Made by a program: the position numbers and the translations under genes. Below, piece after piece: positions 19,582-27,996 of a stretch of 56,835 nucleotides of DNA. Below the pieces are notes generated by a model. It was given only the letters and a program-made list of their open reading frames with translations, searched no databases and was not told where the DNA came from. The first letter of the stretch is position 1; each line of letters starts with the position of its first letter. This DNA comes from a virus. Taxonomy: Duplodnaviria > Caudoviricetes. Location of the stretch: the IMG/VR virus record IMGVR_UViG_3300001751_000003, positions 1 through 56,835 of that record, one strand, 5' to 3'.

Positions 19582-20252
19582 AGATAGTTATAGTTACTAT
19601 AAAAAATGTACATTTGGCGAATGCTGAAATAATGAGAAAATATTTTACTAATATGTTAGTAATCAATGATAAAGAATTTTTAACCTATAAAACTTTAAAA
19701 GAATATAATCCTAATTATGTGTTTTTTATTCATTGGTCATGGTATATTCCGGAAGAGATTTATAATAATTTTAATTGCATACTCTTTCATTGTGCGGATT
19801 TGCCACATGGAAGAGGTGGAAGTCCTATTCAAAATCAAATATTAGATGAAATTATTCATACAAAAATATGTGCAATTAAAATTGAAAAAAACATTGATTC
19901 AGGTGGAATTTATTTAAGTAAAGATATTTGTCTCAATGGAAGTTTAGATGAAATATTTATCAGAATATCAGATATTGTATTTAAAAAAATGATTCCAGAG
20001 ATAATTAATAATAATTTAAAAGCAATTAATCAGTATGGTGATCCTAAAATATATAAAAGACGAACTGATAATAAAATAAGAGAATCATTTAAATTAAATA
20101 AAATATATGATTTTATTAGGATGTTAGATGGTGATGGATATTCCAAAGCATATATTGAATATGGTAAATATAAGATTGAATTTTCACGAGCTGCCTTGAA
20201 AAATGATCATATAATTGCCGATGTAAAAATCAGGAGAAATGATAATGCATAA
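19578..20252 (+). CDS. Sugar N-formyltransferase (methionyl-tRNA formyltransferase-like)
   Basis: FFIHWSWYIP, FH..DLP.GRGGSPIQN, IDSG.IY, YDFIRMLD..GY..A. Confidence 0.85.
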   Translation: MKIVIVTIKNVHLANAEIMRKYFTNMLVINDKEFLTYKTLKEYNPNYVFFIHWSWYIPEEIYNNFNCILFHCADLPHGRGGSPIQNQILDEIIHTKICAIKIEKNIDSGGIYLSKDICLNGSLDEIFIRISDIVFKKMIPEIINNNLKAINQYGDPKIYKRRTDNKIRESFKLNKIYDFIRMLDGDGYSKAYIEYGKYKIEFSRAALKNDHIIADVKIRRNDNA

Positions 20253-20952
20253 TAATGTAATGGCTATAGTAGCTCATCCAGATGATGAGCTAATCGGCGT
20301 TGGAGGAACATTGATAAAACATGTAGAAAATGGAGATAGAGTAAGTGTATTAATTTTAGGAACTGGAATAAGTTCAAGATATGATATTTATGAAAATAAA
20401 GAAATAGAGCAATCAAGAGAAATATTCAAAAAAACTGATCAATTAAAAAGAATTTCTGAAAAGGTAGCAAAATATTTAAGATATAATGTTTATTTTGATA
20501 ATTTGATTGATCAAAGATTCGATATTATTCCATTGCTGGAAATTGTAAAAATAATTGAATCATGGATATTTTCAATTAAACCAAATATTGTTTATACGCA
20601 TAGTTACACTGATTTAAATATTGATCATAGATTAACTTTTGATGCAGTCCTAACAGCAACAAGACCATGTAATAATGATCAAGTAAAAAAAATATATGCT
20701 TTTGAAACTTTATCATCAACGGAATGGCAATTTCAGGATTCAAAAAGTTTTAAACCAAATTATTTTAATGCAATTTCACTTGATATATTAAATGAAAAAA
20801 TTGCGGCTTTAAGAATGTATAAGGATGAATTAAGAGAAAGTCCACATCCTAGAAGTATTGATAAAATAATAGATAAGGCTAGTGTTAATGGAAGTACAAT
20901 TTTAAAGCAATATGCCGAAGCTTTTGAAATAATAAGAATTATAAAAGATTAA
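20239..20952 (+). CDS. PIG-L/LmbE family deacetylase
   Basis: AHPDDE..GVGGT, D.NIDH, ETLSSTEW, PHPRS, AEAF. Confidence 0.9.
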   Translation: MIMHNNVMAIVAHPDDELIGVGGTLIKHVENGDRVSVLILGTGISSRYDIYENKEIEQSREIFKKTDQLKRISEKVAKYLRYNVYFDNLIDQRFDIIPLLEIVKIIESWIFSIKPNIVYTHSYTDLNIDHRLTFDAVLTATRPCNNDQVKKIYAFETLSSTEWQFQDSKSFKPNYFNAISLDILNEKIAALRMYKDELRESPHPRSIDKIIDKASVNGSTILKQYAEAFEIIRIIKD

Positions 20953-20962
20953 GGAGAAAACA

Positions 20963-21796
20963 ATGGCAAGAAGAATACCAATAAAAGTAAAAAGAATAAA
21001 TTATTTTAAACATGCTTTTTTTTATTCAAATTATCTAAAAGGAAAAAATATTATTATAATTGGTCCTAGTGATATTTTAAATGGAACCAAACAAGGAAAA
21101 AAGATTGATAGTTATGATATTGTTGTAAGACTTAATAATACATTTCCAATAAATCCATTACATGAAGATTATTCGGATATACATGAAGATATTGGAAATA
21201 GAACAGACATATTATATCATACAGGAGCAATTATGCGTTCCTTAAAATGGGCGGCAAATAGATATAATACAGGTAGAATTAAATTATTAGATAGAGACAA
21301 GATAAAATGGATTGTTGCAAAACGTGATCCAGTCTATGGAGCCGAAAAAGAAAGAAGGGCATTAAATAGATTTGTATTATTAAATAGAAAATATGTTGCC
21401 GCAGAAAAGACAAAAGGAATAACCCTAAATACTGTTTTTGATTTCTTTGTAAATGATTTAAGAGAAAAACTTGATGGAACTGAGCCAAACATGTCAACAA
21501 TTGCAATTATGCACTTATTAGAATTTAATATTAAATCATTAGAAATATTAGGGTGTGATTTCTATTCTGGATCATATCATAAAAGTTATTTTATTCCTGA
21601 TTATTTAGAATGGGATAATTTAAATAAAGTATTAATAAGAAAAGATGGACAAAAAAGAAAAACACCACAAGCACCACATGATTATAAAAGACAAATTAAA
21701 TTTTTACTTAATGTTTTTGAAAATGATAAAAGAGTAATTATTGATAATGCAACAATAGAATTATGGAAGGAAAAATTAAAAGATGAAAAAATATGA
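20963..21796 (+). CDS. GT29 (sialyltransferase-like) glycosyltransferase
   Basis: Sialylmotif-L-like IIIIGPS..L.G...G.KIDSYDIVVRLN...P...EDIG.RTD; S-like PNMSTIAI..LL...L.ILGCDFY; later H..Y and HD motifs. Confidence 0.65.
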   Translation: MARRIPIKVKRINYFKHAFFYSNYLKGKNIIIIGPSDILNGTKQGKKIDSYDIVVRLNNTFPINPLHEDYSDIHEDIGNRTDILYHTGAIMRSLKWAANRYNTGRIKLLDRDKIKWIVAKRDPVYGAEKERRALNRFVLLNRKYVAAEKTKGITLNTVFDFFVNDLREKLDGTEPNMSTIAIMHLLEFNIKSLEILGCDFYSGSYHKSYFIPDYLEWDNLNKVLIRKDGQKRKTPQAPHDYKRQIKFLLNVFENDKRVIIDNATIELWKEKLKDEKI

Positions 21797-22379
21797 TATA
21801 AATAATGGAACATTAGAAGATTGTCTCAAATATTGGGCAAATCCTGACAGAATAAACGAGCCTATCACATATAATGCGGAAAATACACTTGAAAGAAGTG
21901 AATTATTATTAGAATTATTTGAAAAATTCAAGATATTTAAAAATGATAAAATTCTTGAAATAGGTTGTAATTGTGGTAGAAATTTAAATTATTTGAGTCA
22001 ACATGGATATAAATGGTTAACTGGTATTGATATAAATAAAAAAGCTTTAGAACTGCAAAAAGAATTATTTCCTGATTTGAAAGTAAATTTGATACATGAC
22101 TCAATAGAACATAGTATTCCTAATTTTTACAATTCCCAATTCGATGTAATTTTTTCTATAGCAGTCTTACAGCATATACACATTGAAAGTAATTGGATAT
22201 TTGGTGATATAGCAAGAATAACAGAGGGATATTTATTTTTAATTGAGCTTGAGGCAAGAGATTATGAAAGCATATTTAAGGATAGAGGATTTGAATTAAT
22301 ATATTCTGAAAAATGTAATAATACTAAATATTTTAAGGAGTATAGAATATACGTTTTTAGAAGGTGTAAATATGATTGA
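21783..22379 (+). CDS. Class I SAM-dependent methyltransferase
   Basis: ILEIGCNCGRNL, GIDIN, FDVIFSIAVLQH. Confidence 0.85.
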   Translation: MKKYDINNGTLEDCLKYWANPDRINEPITYNAENTLERSELLLELFEKFKIFKNDKILEIGCNCGRNLNYLSQHGYKWLTGIDINKKALELQKELFPDLKVNLIHDSIEHSIPNFYNSQFDVIFSIAVLQHIHIESNWIFGDIARITEGYLFLIELEARDYESIFKDRGFELIYSEKCNNTKYFKEYRIYVFRRCKYD

Positions 22380-23076
22380 TGTAATTTATTTAACTGGTGG
22401 AATAGGTAAAAGAGCAAATTTAGGATATCCTAAACAATATGCTAGGTTAAAAGGTAAACCTATAATGATATATGGATTGGAAACTTTAAGTAAAATCGAA
22501 GAAATTGGGAATATTTTAATTTCTTGTGACACTGATAATTCACATGTTATTGATATTATTTCAAATTATGATTTTGATAATATTGTATTGTCAAAATCCA
22601 AGGAAACTCGTCAAGAATCAATTTATAATGAATTGAAACATATCAATACTAATCAAGTCTTGATATGTGAGAGTGTAAGACCTTTTATGAGTGAAAAATT
22701 AGTAAGAAAAGTTATTAATATGGATAGTGATTGTGTTATTCCAATTGATTATTCTTTGGCAACTGTTGTTGATATATTGGGAAATACTTTTGAAAGACAG
22801 GACATAGGGTGCGTTCAAATGCCACAAAAATATAATACTGAAAAATTATTAAAAGTTCATGAATTTATGAATGCTAAAAATGAAACTTGTACGGATGATT
22901 ACGACTTGATATCTAAATATAGATTTATGCATGGGGAAAAATCATTTAGTCAATTTCCTTTTAATCGAAGAGTCGTTTTTCATGGAGAAATAGAGAATAT
23001 CAAAATTACTTATCCTATTGATCTTAAGATTGCAGAAGCTATTTTAAATTATATGGAAGGTGGTTTTCTTGAATAG
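22372..23076 (+). CDS. IspD/TarI-family cytidylyltransferase (CDP-ribitol/alditol synthase)
   Basis: L.GGIGKR....PKQY, TRQES, ESVRPF, QMPQ, TDD, NIKITYP.DL. Confidence 0.85.
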   Translation: MIDVIYLTGGIGKRANLGYPKQYARLKGKPIMIYGLETLSKIEEIGNILISCDTDNSHVIDIISNYDFDNIVLSKSKETRQESIYNELKHINTNQVLICESVRPFMSEKLVRKVINMDSDCVIPIDYSLATVVDILGNTFERQDIGCVQMPQKYNTEKLLKVHEFMNAKNETCTDDYDLISKYRFMHGEKSFSQFPFNRRVVFHGEIENIKITYPIDLKIAEAILNYMEGGFLE

Positions 23077-23716
23077 TATAATTATAACTGGCTCTAGTCG
23101 TGGAATAGGTGCGGCAATTGCTAAACAATGGTGTAAAAGAAATAAAAACAATTTATATTATGCAATTTCAAAATATAATGATTTTGATGTTACAAACTTC
23201 AAACAATTCGAGAAATGTATTAAAGATTTTTATGATTTTGAAAGTGATTATTACCTTCCATATGCATTAATAAATAATGCAGGAGTAGCCGAACAAGGAA
23301 ATATATTAGAAATAGATATTGATTCAATTGATAGACAATTTAATGTAAATTTTAAAGCTGTTGTAAATTGTACTCAACAGTATGCAAAATTTTGTATCAA
23401 GAAAAAAATAAAAGGTAAAATAATTAATATTTGTTCTACTGCTGGACTTGGAGCAAGACCTGGGCGATCGATTTATGCAGCCTCCAAAGCGGCTTTGATT
23501 AATTTCAGCTTATCAATGTCGGAAGAATTAAAACCGTACGGAATAAAAGTTTATTGCATATGTCCTTCCGCTGTAAATACAGATATGAGACGTTTTCTTG
23601 AGCCTGATGATAATTTTGAAAATATGCTACAACCTGAGGAAGTCGGAACATTTGTTTGTGATTTAATTGAAAATGGAAAATATTTAGACAATCATATTTT
23701 GGAGGTTAAGAAATAG
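23060..23716 (+). CDS. SDR oxidoreductase (probable ribulose-5-P reductase partner, as in Bcs1)
   Basis: ITGSSRGIG, NNAG, YAASK catalytic motif; adjacent to the IspD/TarI gene. Confidence 0.8.
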   Translation: MVFLNSIIITGSSRGIGAAIAKQWCKRNKNNLYYAISKYNDFDVTNFKQFEKCIKDFYDFESDYYLPYALINNAGVAEQGNILEIDIDSIDRQFNVNFKAVVNCTQQYAKFCIKKKIKGKIINICSTAGLGARPGRSIYAASKAALINFSLSMSEELKPYGIKVYCICPSAVNTDMRRFLEPDDNFENMLQPEEVGTFVCDLIENGKYLDNHILEVKK

Positions 23717-23717
23717 A

Positions 23718-24833
23718 ATGAAAATTTTAAATAAGGCACATTATACAATAGAAATAGATGGAATTACTTTTAAACCTTTTAAAGAAATAGAAATAACAAA
23801 AATTTCCGATCTCACATTACGTAAAATGAGAATGAATAGAAGCTTAAGGATTGGAAAAACAAATAATCAAAGTTATATTGAAAGACATGGACTTATTGAT
23901 GGAAATAGAATTAACTTTGTTTACGATAATCTTAACCAGCACGCCGGAGCTAGTTATGTTGGAGCAATACAGACTTTGGCAAATCCAATAATGAAACATA
24001 TGTCAGATAAAATGATTGGATATACTAAGCATCCGCTAACTGGAATGAATGTAAGATTTTTTAATAGTGCTAGAATAAACGAACAAGGAAAAGCCCCAGT
24101 AGGACCCCATGATTTATTTTTTTCTCATGGAATAGGTGATAAAAATTATTGGAAAGGCTCAAAGATAAAAGATTACAAATATGTTTTTGTTCCGGGACCC
24201 GCTTGGGAAAAGAGAATGAGGAATACTGGGTATAAAGGCGAAATCTTTATTTGTGGATATACTAAATTAGACCCGATAATAGGAAAGGAACCAATTAAGA
24301 AAAATTCTAAGCCGACAATAGTTTGGGCGCCTACTCATGGATATCATTCTAAAAATAGGGGAAGATCAAGTTTTCCAATGTTTCAAAAATATTTGAATAA
24401 AATTCCAAAGGATTTTAATCTGGTTACAACTTTACATCCAACTACTAGAATGCATAGAAAAGAAAAATTATCACCAATTGAAATCTTGTTAAATGCTGAT
24501 ATTATAATTGCGGATGCTGGATCAACACTTTACGAAGCATGGATATTAGGAAAACCAGTTATTTTTCCTGATTGGATTTGTTGTAAAGATGTATTAAATC
24601 ATTTTAAAGGTGATACTGCAAACTTTGAATATCAGATTTATTCAAAAAAGATAGGCTATCATGCAAAAAGCATGGAACATATGATCAAATTATTTGATAT
24701 TGCTTTAAATGATGGTATGAGAGACTTGGAAAAAGAATTTATTGAGGATATTTATCCTTCAGATATTAGAGGAAAAGCCGGAGAAATAGCCGCAAAACAA
24801 ATTTTGGAATTGGCAGATAGATTGAAAATATGA
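23718..24833 (+). CDS. TagF/TarF-like CDP-alditol phosphotransferase family protein
   Basis: SHGIGDK, GYTKLD, IVWAPT, LHP, ADIIIAD.GST.YE...LGKPVIF. Confidence 0.7.
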   Translation: MKILNKAHYTIEIDGITFKPFKEIEITKISDLTLRKMRMNRSLRIGKTNNQSYIERHGLIDGNRINFVYDNLNQHAGASYVGAIQTLANPIMKHMSDKMIGYTKHPLTGMNVRFFNSARINEQGKAPVGPHDLFFSHGIGDKNYWKGSKIKDYKYVFVPGPAWEKRMRNTGYKGEIFICGYTKLDPIIGKEPIKKNSKPTIVWAPTHGYHSKNRGRSSFPMFQKYLNKIPKDFNLVTTLHPTTRMHRKEKLSPIEILLNADIIIADAGSTLYEAWILGKPVIFPDWICCKDVLNHFKGDTANFEYQIYSKKIGYHAKSMEHMIKLFDIALNDGMRDLEKEFIEDIYPSDIRGKAGEIAAKQILELADRLKI

Positions 24834-25099
24834 TCAGTATTGAATTATCAAAAAAATTAAATATATCACATAGAGCAATAATTTTATTATTGAAAAAATA
24901 TATTGATGATTTTAAAAAATATGGTGAAATGAATATTATTACTGTAAAACGTGATAAAGGAACCACAGGAGGAAGACCTTATCAATATTTTGAATTAAAT
25001 GATAAGCAAATAGATTTATTGATTATATATTTATCTCCTAAAAATAATATAATCAGGGAATATAAAAAACTTTATATTCATAAATTGTATAGAAATTGA
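24830..25099 (+). CDS. Short Rha-like protein
   Basis: SIELSK....HRAI..L..KY..DF..G, GGRP..YFELN..Q; similar to the N-terminus of 12858-13646. Confidence 0.65.
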   Translation: MISIELSKKLNISHRAIILLLKKYIDDFKKYGEMNIITVKRDKGTTGGRPYQYFELNDKQIDLLIIYLSPKNNIIREYKKLYIHKLYRN

Positions 25100-25168
25100 T
25101 ATAATATTATATGGCTTACAAAGGATTGACAGGTTTTTGATGTTACTTATTGATTTAATGATGTTATG

Positions 25169-25205
25169 AAATAAAAAGAGTTTAACAGCTCTTTTTATTT
25201 TTTTT
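25169..25205 (+). terminator. Intrinsic terminator closing the glycan island
   Basis: aaataaaaagag...ctctttttattt inverted repeat plus T tract. Confidence 0.65.
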
Positions 25206-25208
25206 ATA

Positions 25209-25237
25209 TTTACATTCTAATTATAGAATGCTATAAT
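25209..25237 (+). promoter_or_regulatory. sigmaA promoter with a palindromic operator in the spacer
   Basis: TTTACA-17-TATAAT with TGn extension; cattcta-atta-tagaatg at 25213-25230. Confidence 0.6.
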
Positions 25238-25271
25238 TAGAATTATTAATTGAAAGGAGAATTTATAATTT

Positions 25272-25493
25272 ATGCTTAATGATATTGAATTTATTATTAA
25301 TAGAGAAAAAAGAGATAAAACAAATGAAAATTATCAAAAACAATGTGATAGAGCTTCCATAATGATTGATAAAAAATATTTATTTATGCTTAAGGCATTA
25401 TCAAAGGAATTTAATACAACAAATAAATCATTTATAGAAGTAACCATAAAACATTTATATTCAGAAATGGAAGGAGGAAATGAAATTGAATAA
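25272..25493 (+). CDS. Probable ribbon-helix-helix regulator
   Basis: RASIMIDKKYLFMLKALS.....NKSFIE..I pattern. Confidence 0.45.
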   Translation: MLNDIEFIINREKRDKTNENYQKQCDRASIMIDKKYLFMLKALSKEFNTTNKSFIEVTIKHLYSEMEGGNEIE

Positions 25494-26127
25494 GGTTATT
25501 AATAAGATAAATAATGAACAAATAGCATTAAATGTAACAATCGAGGAAATGTTACTTGAATATAAGTCAGAATTATTTAAATTTAATAATAAAAAGAAAA
25601 TCTTTGATTATAGAATAAAAAAATATGATGATAATATAAGAAAATTTCAAAAATACAGTAATACAAATGTAGGACTTAGAGCTGATTTATATTTGACTAC
25701 TTGTGAGGAAATGATAAAGAAAAGTAAAAATTATATCAATGATATAGCTGAGGAAGTTAAATCAAAGGAAGAGTTTTTAAAACATGAAATTTGGAAATTA
25801 TTATTTGAAACTCTTGTTAATAATGTTATTCATAAAGATACAATTGTAAATAAAAATAATTGGTTAGTATATTCTTTGCCATCCGCAAAAATATATTTTA
25901 AAAAACAAATAATTATAATTGATGATGAAGAAGAATTATATAATTTTTTAGTAGAAAATAAAATTGAAAAAAAATATCTTGATATAGATCAAAATGTCTT
26001 GATTGAGATATTACGCAAAGATTTATATCTTTGTGATGATGGAAGTATATCAAATAGTGATGGATTAATTTTTAAAGGATTATCTTTAAGTGCTCCAGAT
26101 ATAAAAATCAAATTAAATAATGACTAG
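25480..26127 (+). CDS. Gam-like / Gp157-like coiled-coil protein
   Basis: Coiled coil then YSLPSAKIYFKKQ...DDEEELYNFL...GL, typical of Mu Gam-like proteins. Confidence 0.4.
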   Translation: MKLNKVINKINNEQIALNVTIEEMLLEYKSELFKFNNKKKIFDYRIKKYDDNIRKFQKYSNTNVGLRADLYLTTCEEMIKKSKNYINDIAEEVKSKEEFLKHEIWKLLFETLVNNVIHKDTIVNKNNWLVYSLPSAKIYFKKQIIIIDDEEELYNFLVENKIEKKYLDIDQNVLIEILRKDLYLCDDGSISNSDGLIFKGLSLSAPDIKIKLNND

Positions 26128-26301
26128 AAAGGAAGAATTATTATTATGAATGCTATGGAACAATATATAATGAATGCCATTGAAGAAGGTACAAACCTTT
26201 TAAAAGATAGTGATTACATTGTAGAATATAGAAAAAAAGTTAATAAAGCTATGCAATTATTATTAGAAGCTATGAATTTAATAAATGTTGATGATTAGGA
26301 G

Positions 26302-27399
26302 ATGATTAAAATGAGATGTAAAGAAAAAGTAATTTATACAGAGGATCAAAAGAATCAAATAAGAGATAGCCTTGAGAGAATATTAATATATTATGGTGCA
26401 AAGCCAACAAATTATAATTGGAATTGTATTCCACATAGACATAAAAAACCTGATTATGATTTGTCTATAAAAGGAAAAGTCTGTTGTTGTCATTGCGGAC
26501 TTAAGGGAGATTCATTCAATGTAATTTCCGAACTTGAAGGATTAAATATAAAAAAAGATTTTCATCTTATAATAAAAAAAGGACTTGAAATAATAGGACT
26601 TAATCCTACTATTTCAATGAAATATAAAAATTGTAAAAACATTATTAATGGAAATTCAGAAATAAAATTTAAAAATCTTAATAAGTTTAATTTAACAAAT
26701 ATTATACTACAAAATTTTAAAAAATCTAAAAAGTATACATATTTTTATAAAAGAAATGTAGGTAATAAGTTGATTGAAAGATATAAAATTATTTGTGAAA
26801 ATCCAAAAAATATTTTTCCAAGAGATTTATTGCCACAGGTAAATAATTTATGGGCATATCAAAATATAATTCCAGTTTGGGAGGAAAGAAAGGTTGTAAA
26901 TGTAATATTAAGACGAGATGATTATTTAAATACGCAAAATAAAAAAATACTTAATTTAAAAGATTTGCCTTTAAAAATTTGGAATGCTGGTTATATTAGG
27001 CATTCTCAAAAAAATGATAGTATCTTTCTAACTGAAGGCGTTTTTGATGGTTTAAGTATAGAATCAATTGATAATAAAGCAATTGGTTTAAACTCTATTT
27101 CTATGATCAATAAATTTTTAGAAATAGTTGAAGAATTTATTGATCAATTAAGAGAAAACAATGTAAAATTCTTTATTTGCTTTGATAATGATCAAAGAAA
27201 TCAAGAAAAACCTAATAAAAAAATGCCATCTGAGATAGCAAGAGAAAAACTTGATTTTGAACTAAGAAAAATGGGATTACATTGTTTTATTTTAAAATTA
27301 AATGAATATAAAGATATAAATGAATTTCATAATAAAAAGCCAAAAACTTTTAAATATGAAATTCTAAAAGCTATAGACTTTGGAAGGAATGTAAAATGA
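26302..27399 (+). CDS. DnaG-type primase (CHC2 zinc finger + TOPRIM)
   Basis: CIPH...CCCHC..KGD; FLTEGVFDGLS; ICFDND; KDINE. Confidence 0.8.
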   Translation: MIKMRCKEKVIYTEDQKNQIRDSLERILIYYGAKPTNYNWNCIPHRHKKPDYDLSIKGKVCCCHCGLKGDSFNVISELEGLNIKKDFHLIIKKGLEIIGLNPTISMKYKNCKNIINGNSEIKFKNLNKFNLTNIILQNFKKSKKYTYFYKRNVGNKLIERYKIICENPKNIFPRDLLPQVNNLWAYQNIIPVWEERKVVNVILRRDDYLNTQNKKILNLKDLPLKIWNAGYIRHSQKNDSIFLTEGVFDGLSIESIDNKAIGLNSISMINKFLEIVEEFIDQLRENNVKFFICFDNDQRNQEKPNKKMPSEIAREKLDFELRKMGLHCFILKLNEYKDINEFHNKKPKTFKYEILKAIDFGRNVK

Positions 27400-27503
27400 A
27401 TAATTGTAAAAAATATGATCAATGTGTAAATCATGTCAATTGTGATAAATGCATTGACTATGATTTATATATTAGCAAGGAAGATAAGGAGGATAATGAA
27501 TAA

Positions 27504-27827
27504 ATGATACTTATTAAAAAAATTTGTATAAGTATAACCGATTCTCAATATTTATATATATCTTATAAAGGAATTGAAATTAGAATATATGAAAATCAAA
27601 GGTATTTAATAGAATATATTTTAGATCAGATAAAAAACAAGGAAGATAATTTTAATAGAGTATATGATTTTTCATATAATTTAAAAGATTTATATGATCA
27701 ATGCGATAGAAATAATTTTTTTATTTATGCCTTTTCATATCAGAATAAAAGTTTTGTTAAGTCTGAAATATTTTCAAAATGGAAACGTTTAGGAAAAGTA
27801 TTGCAAAATAAAAGAAATATTATATAA
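27504..27827 (+). CDS. Hypothetical protein
   Basis: 107-aa ORF preceded by AGGAGG. Confidence 0.45.
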   Translation: MILIKKICISITDSQYLYISYKGIEIRIYENQRYLIEYILDQIKNKEDNFNRVYDFSYNLKDLYDQCDRNNFFIYAFSYQNKSFVKSEIFSKWKRLGKVLQNKRNII

Positions 27828-27853
27828 AAACGTCAAATGATCACACTAAAACT

Positions 27854-27911
27854 AAACAAACAAGCATGTTTTGAATTCTATGTAGAATATTCAAAACATG
27901 CTTGTTTGTTT
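27854..27911. repeat. 23-bp perfect inverted repeat (terminator or operator) overlapping the -35 of the capsid promoter
   Basis: aaacaaacaagcatgttttgaat / attcaaaacatgcttgtttgttt; TTGTTT(27902)-17-TATAAT(27925). Confidence 0.7.
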
Positions 27912-27996
27912 TCGTCATTTAGGGTATAATTGCTTTAAGCCGACGGGCGTTGAACGGAATTAATTGTCGACAGACATAAAACGGGAGGAATTCAAA

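Noticed and set aside
19578-20252. True methionyl-tRNA formyltransferase (fmt)
   Set aside because: Short, lacks the full tRNA-binding domain and is paired with PIG-L in a sugar cluster, so a sugar N-formyltransferase fits better
22372-23076. Isoprenoid (MEP pathway) ispD auxiliary gene
   Set aside because: The neighbouring SDR and TagF-like genes point to CDP-ribitol (TarI/Bcs1-like), and no other MEP genes are present
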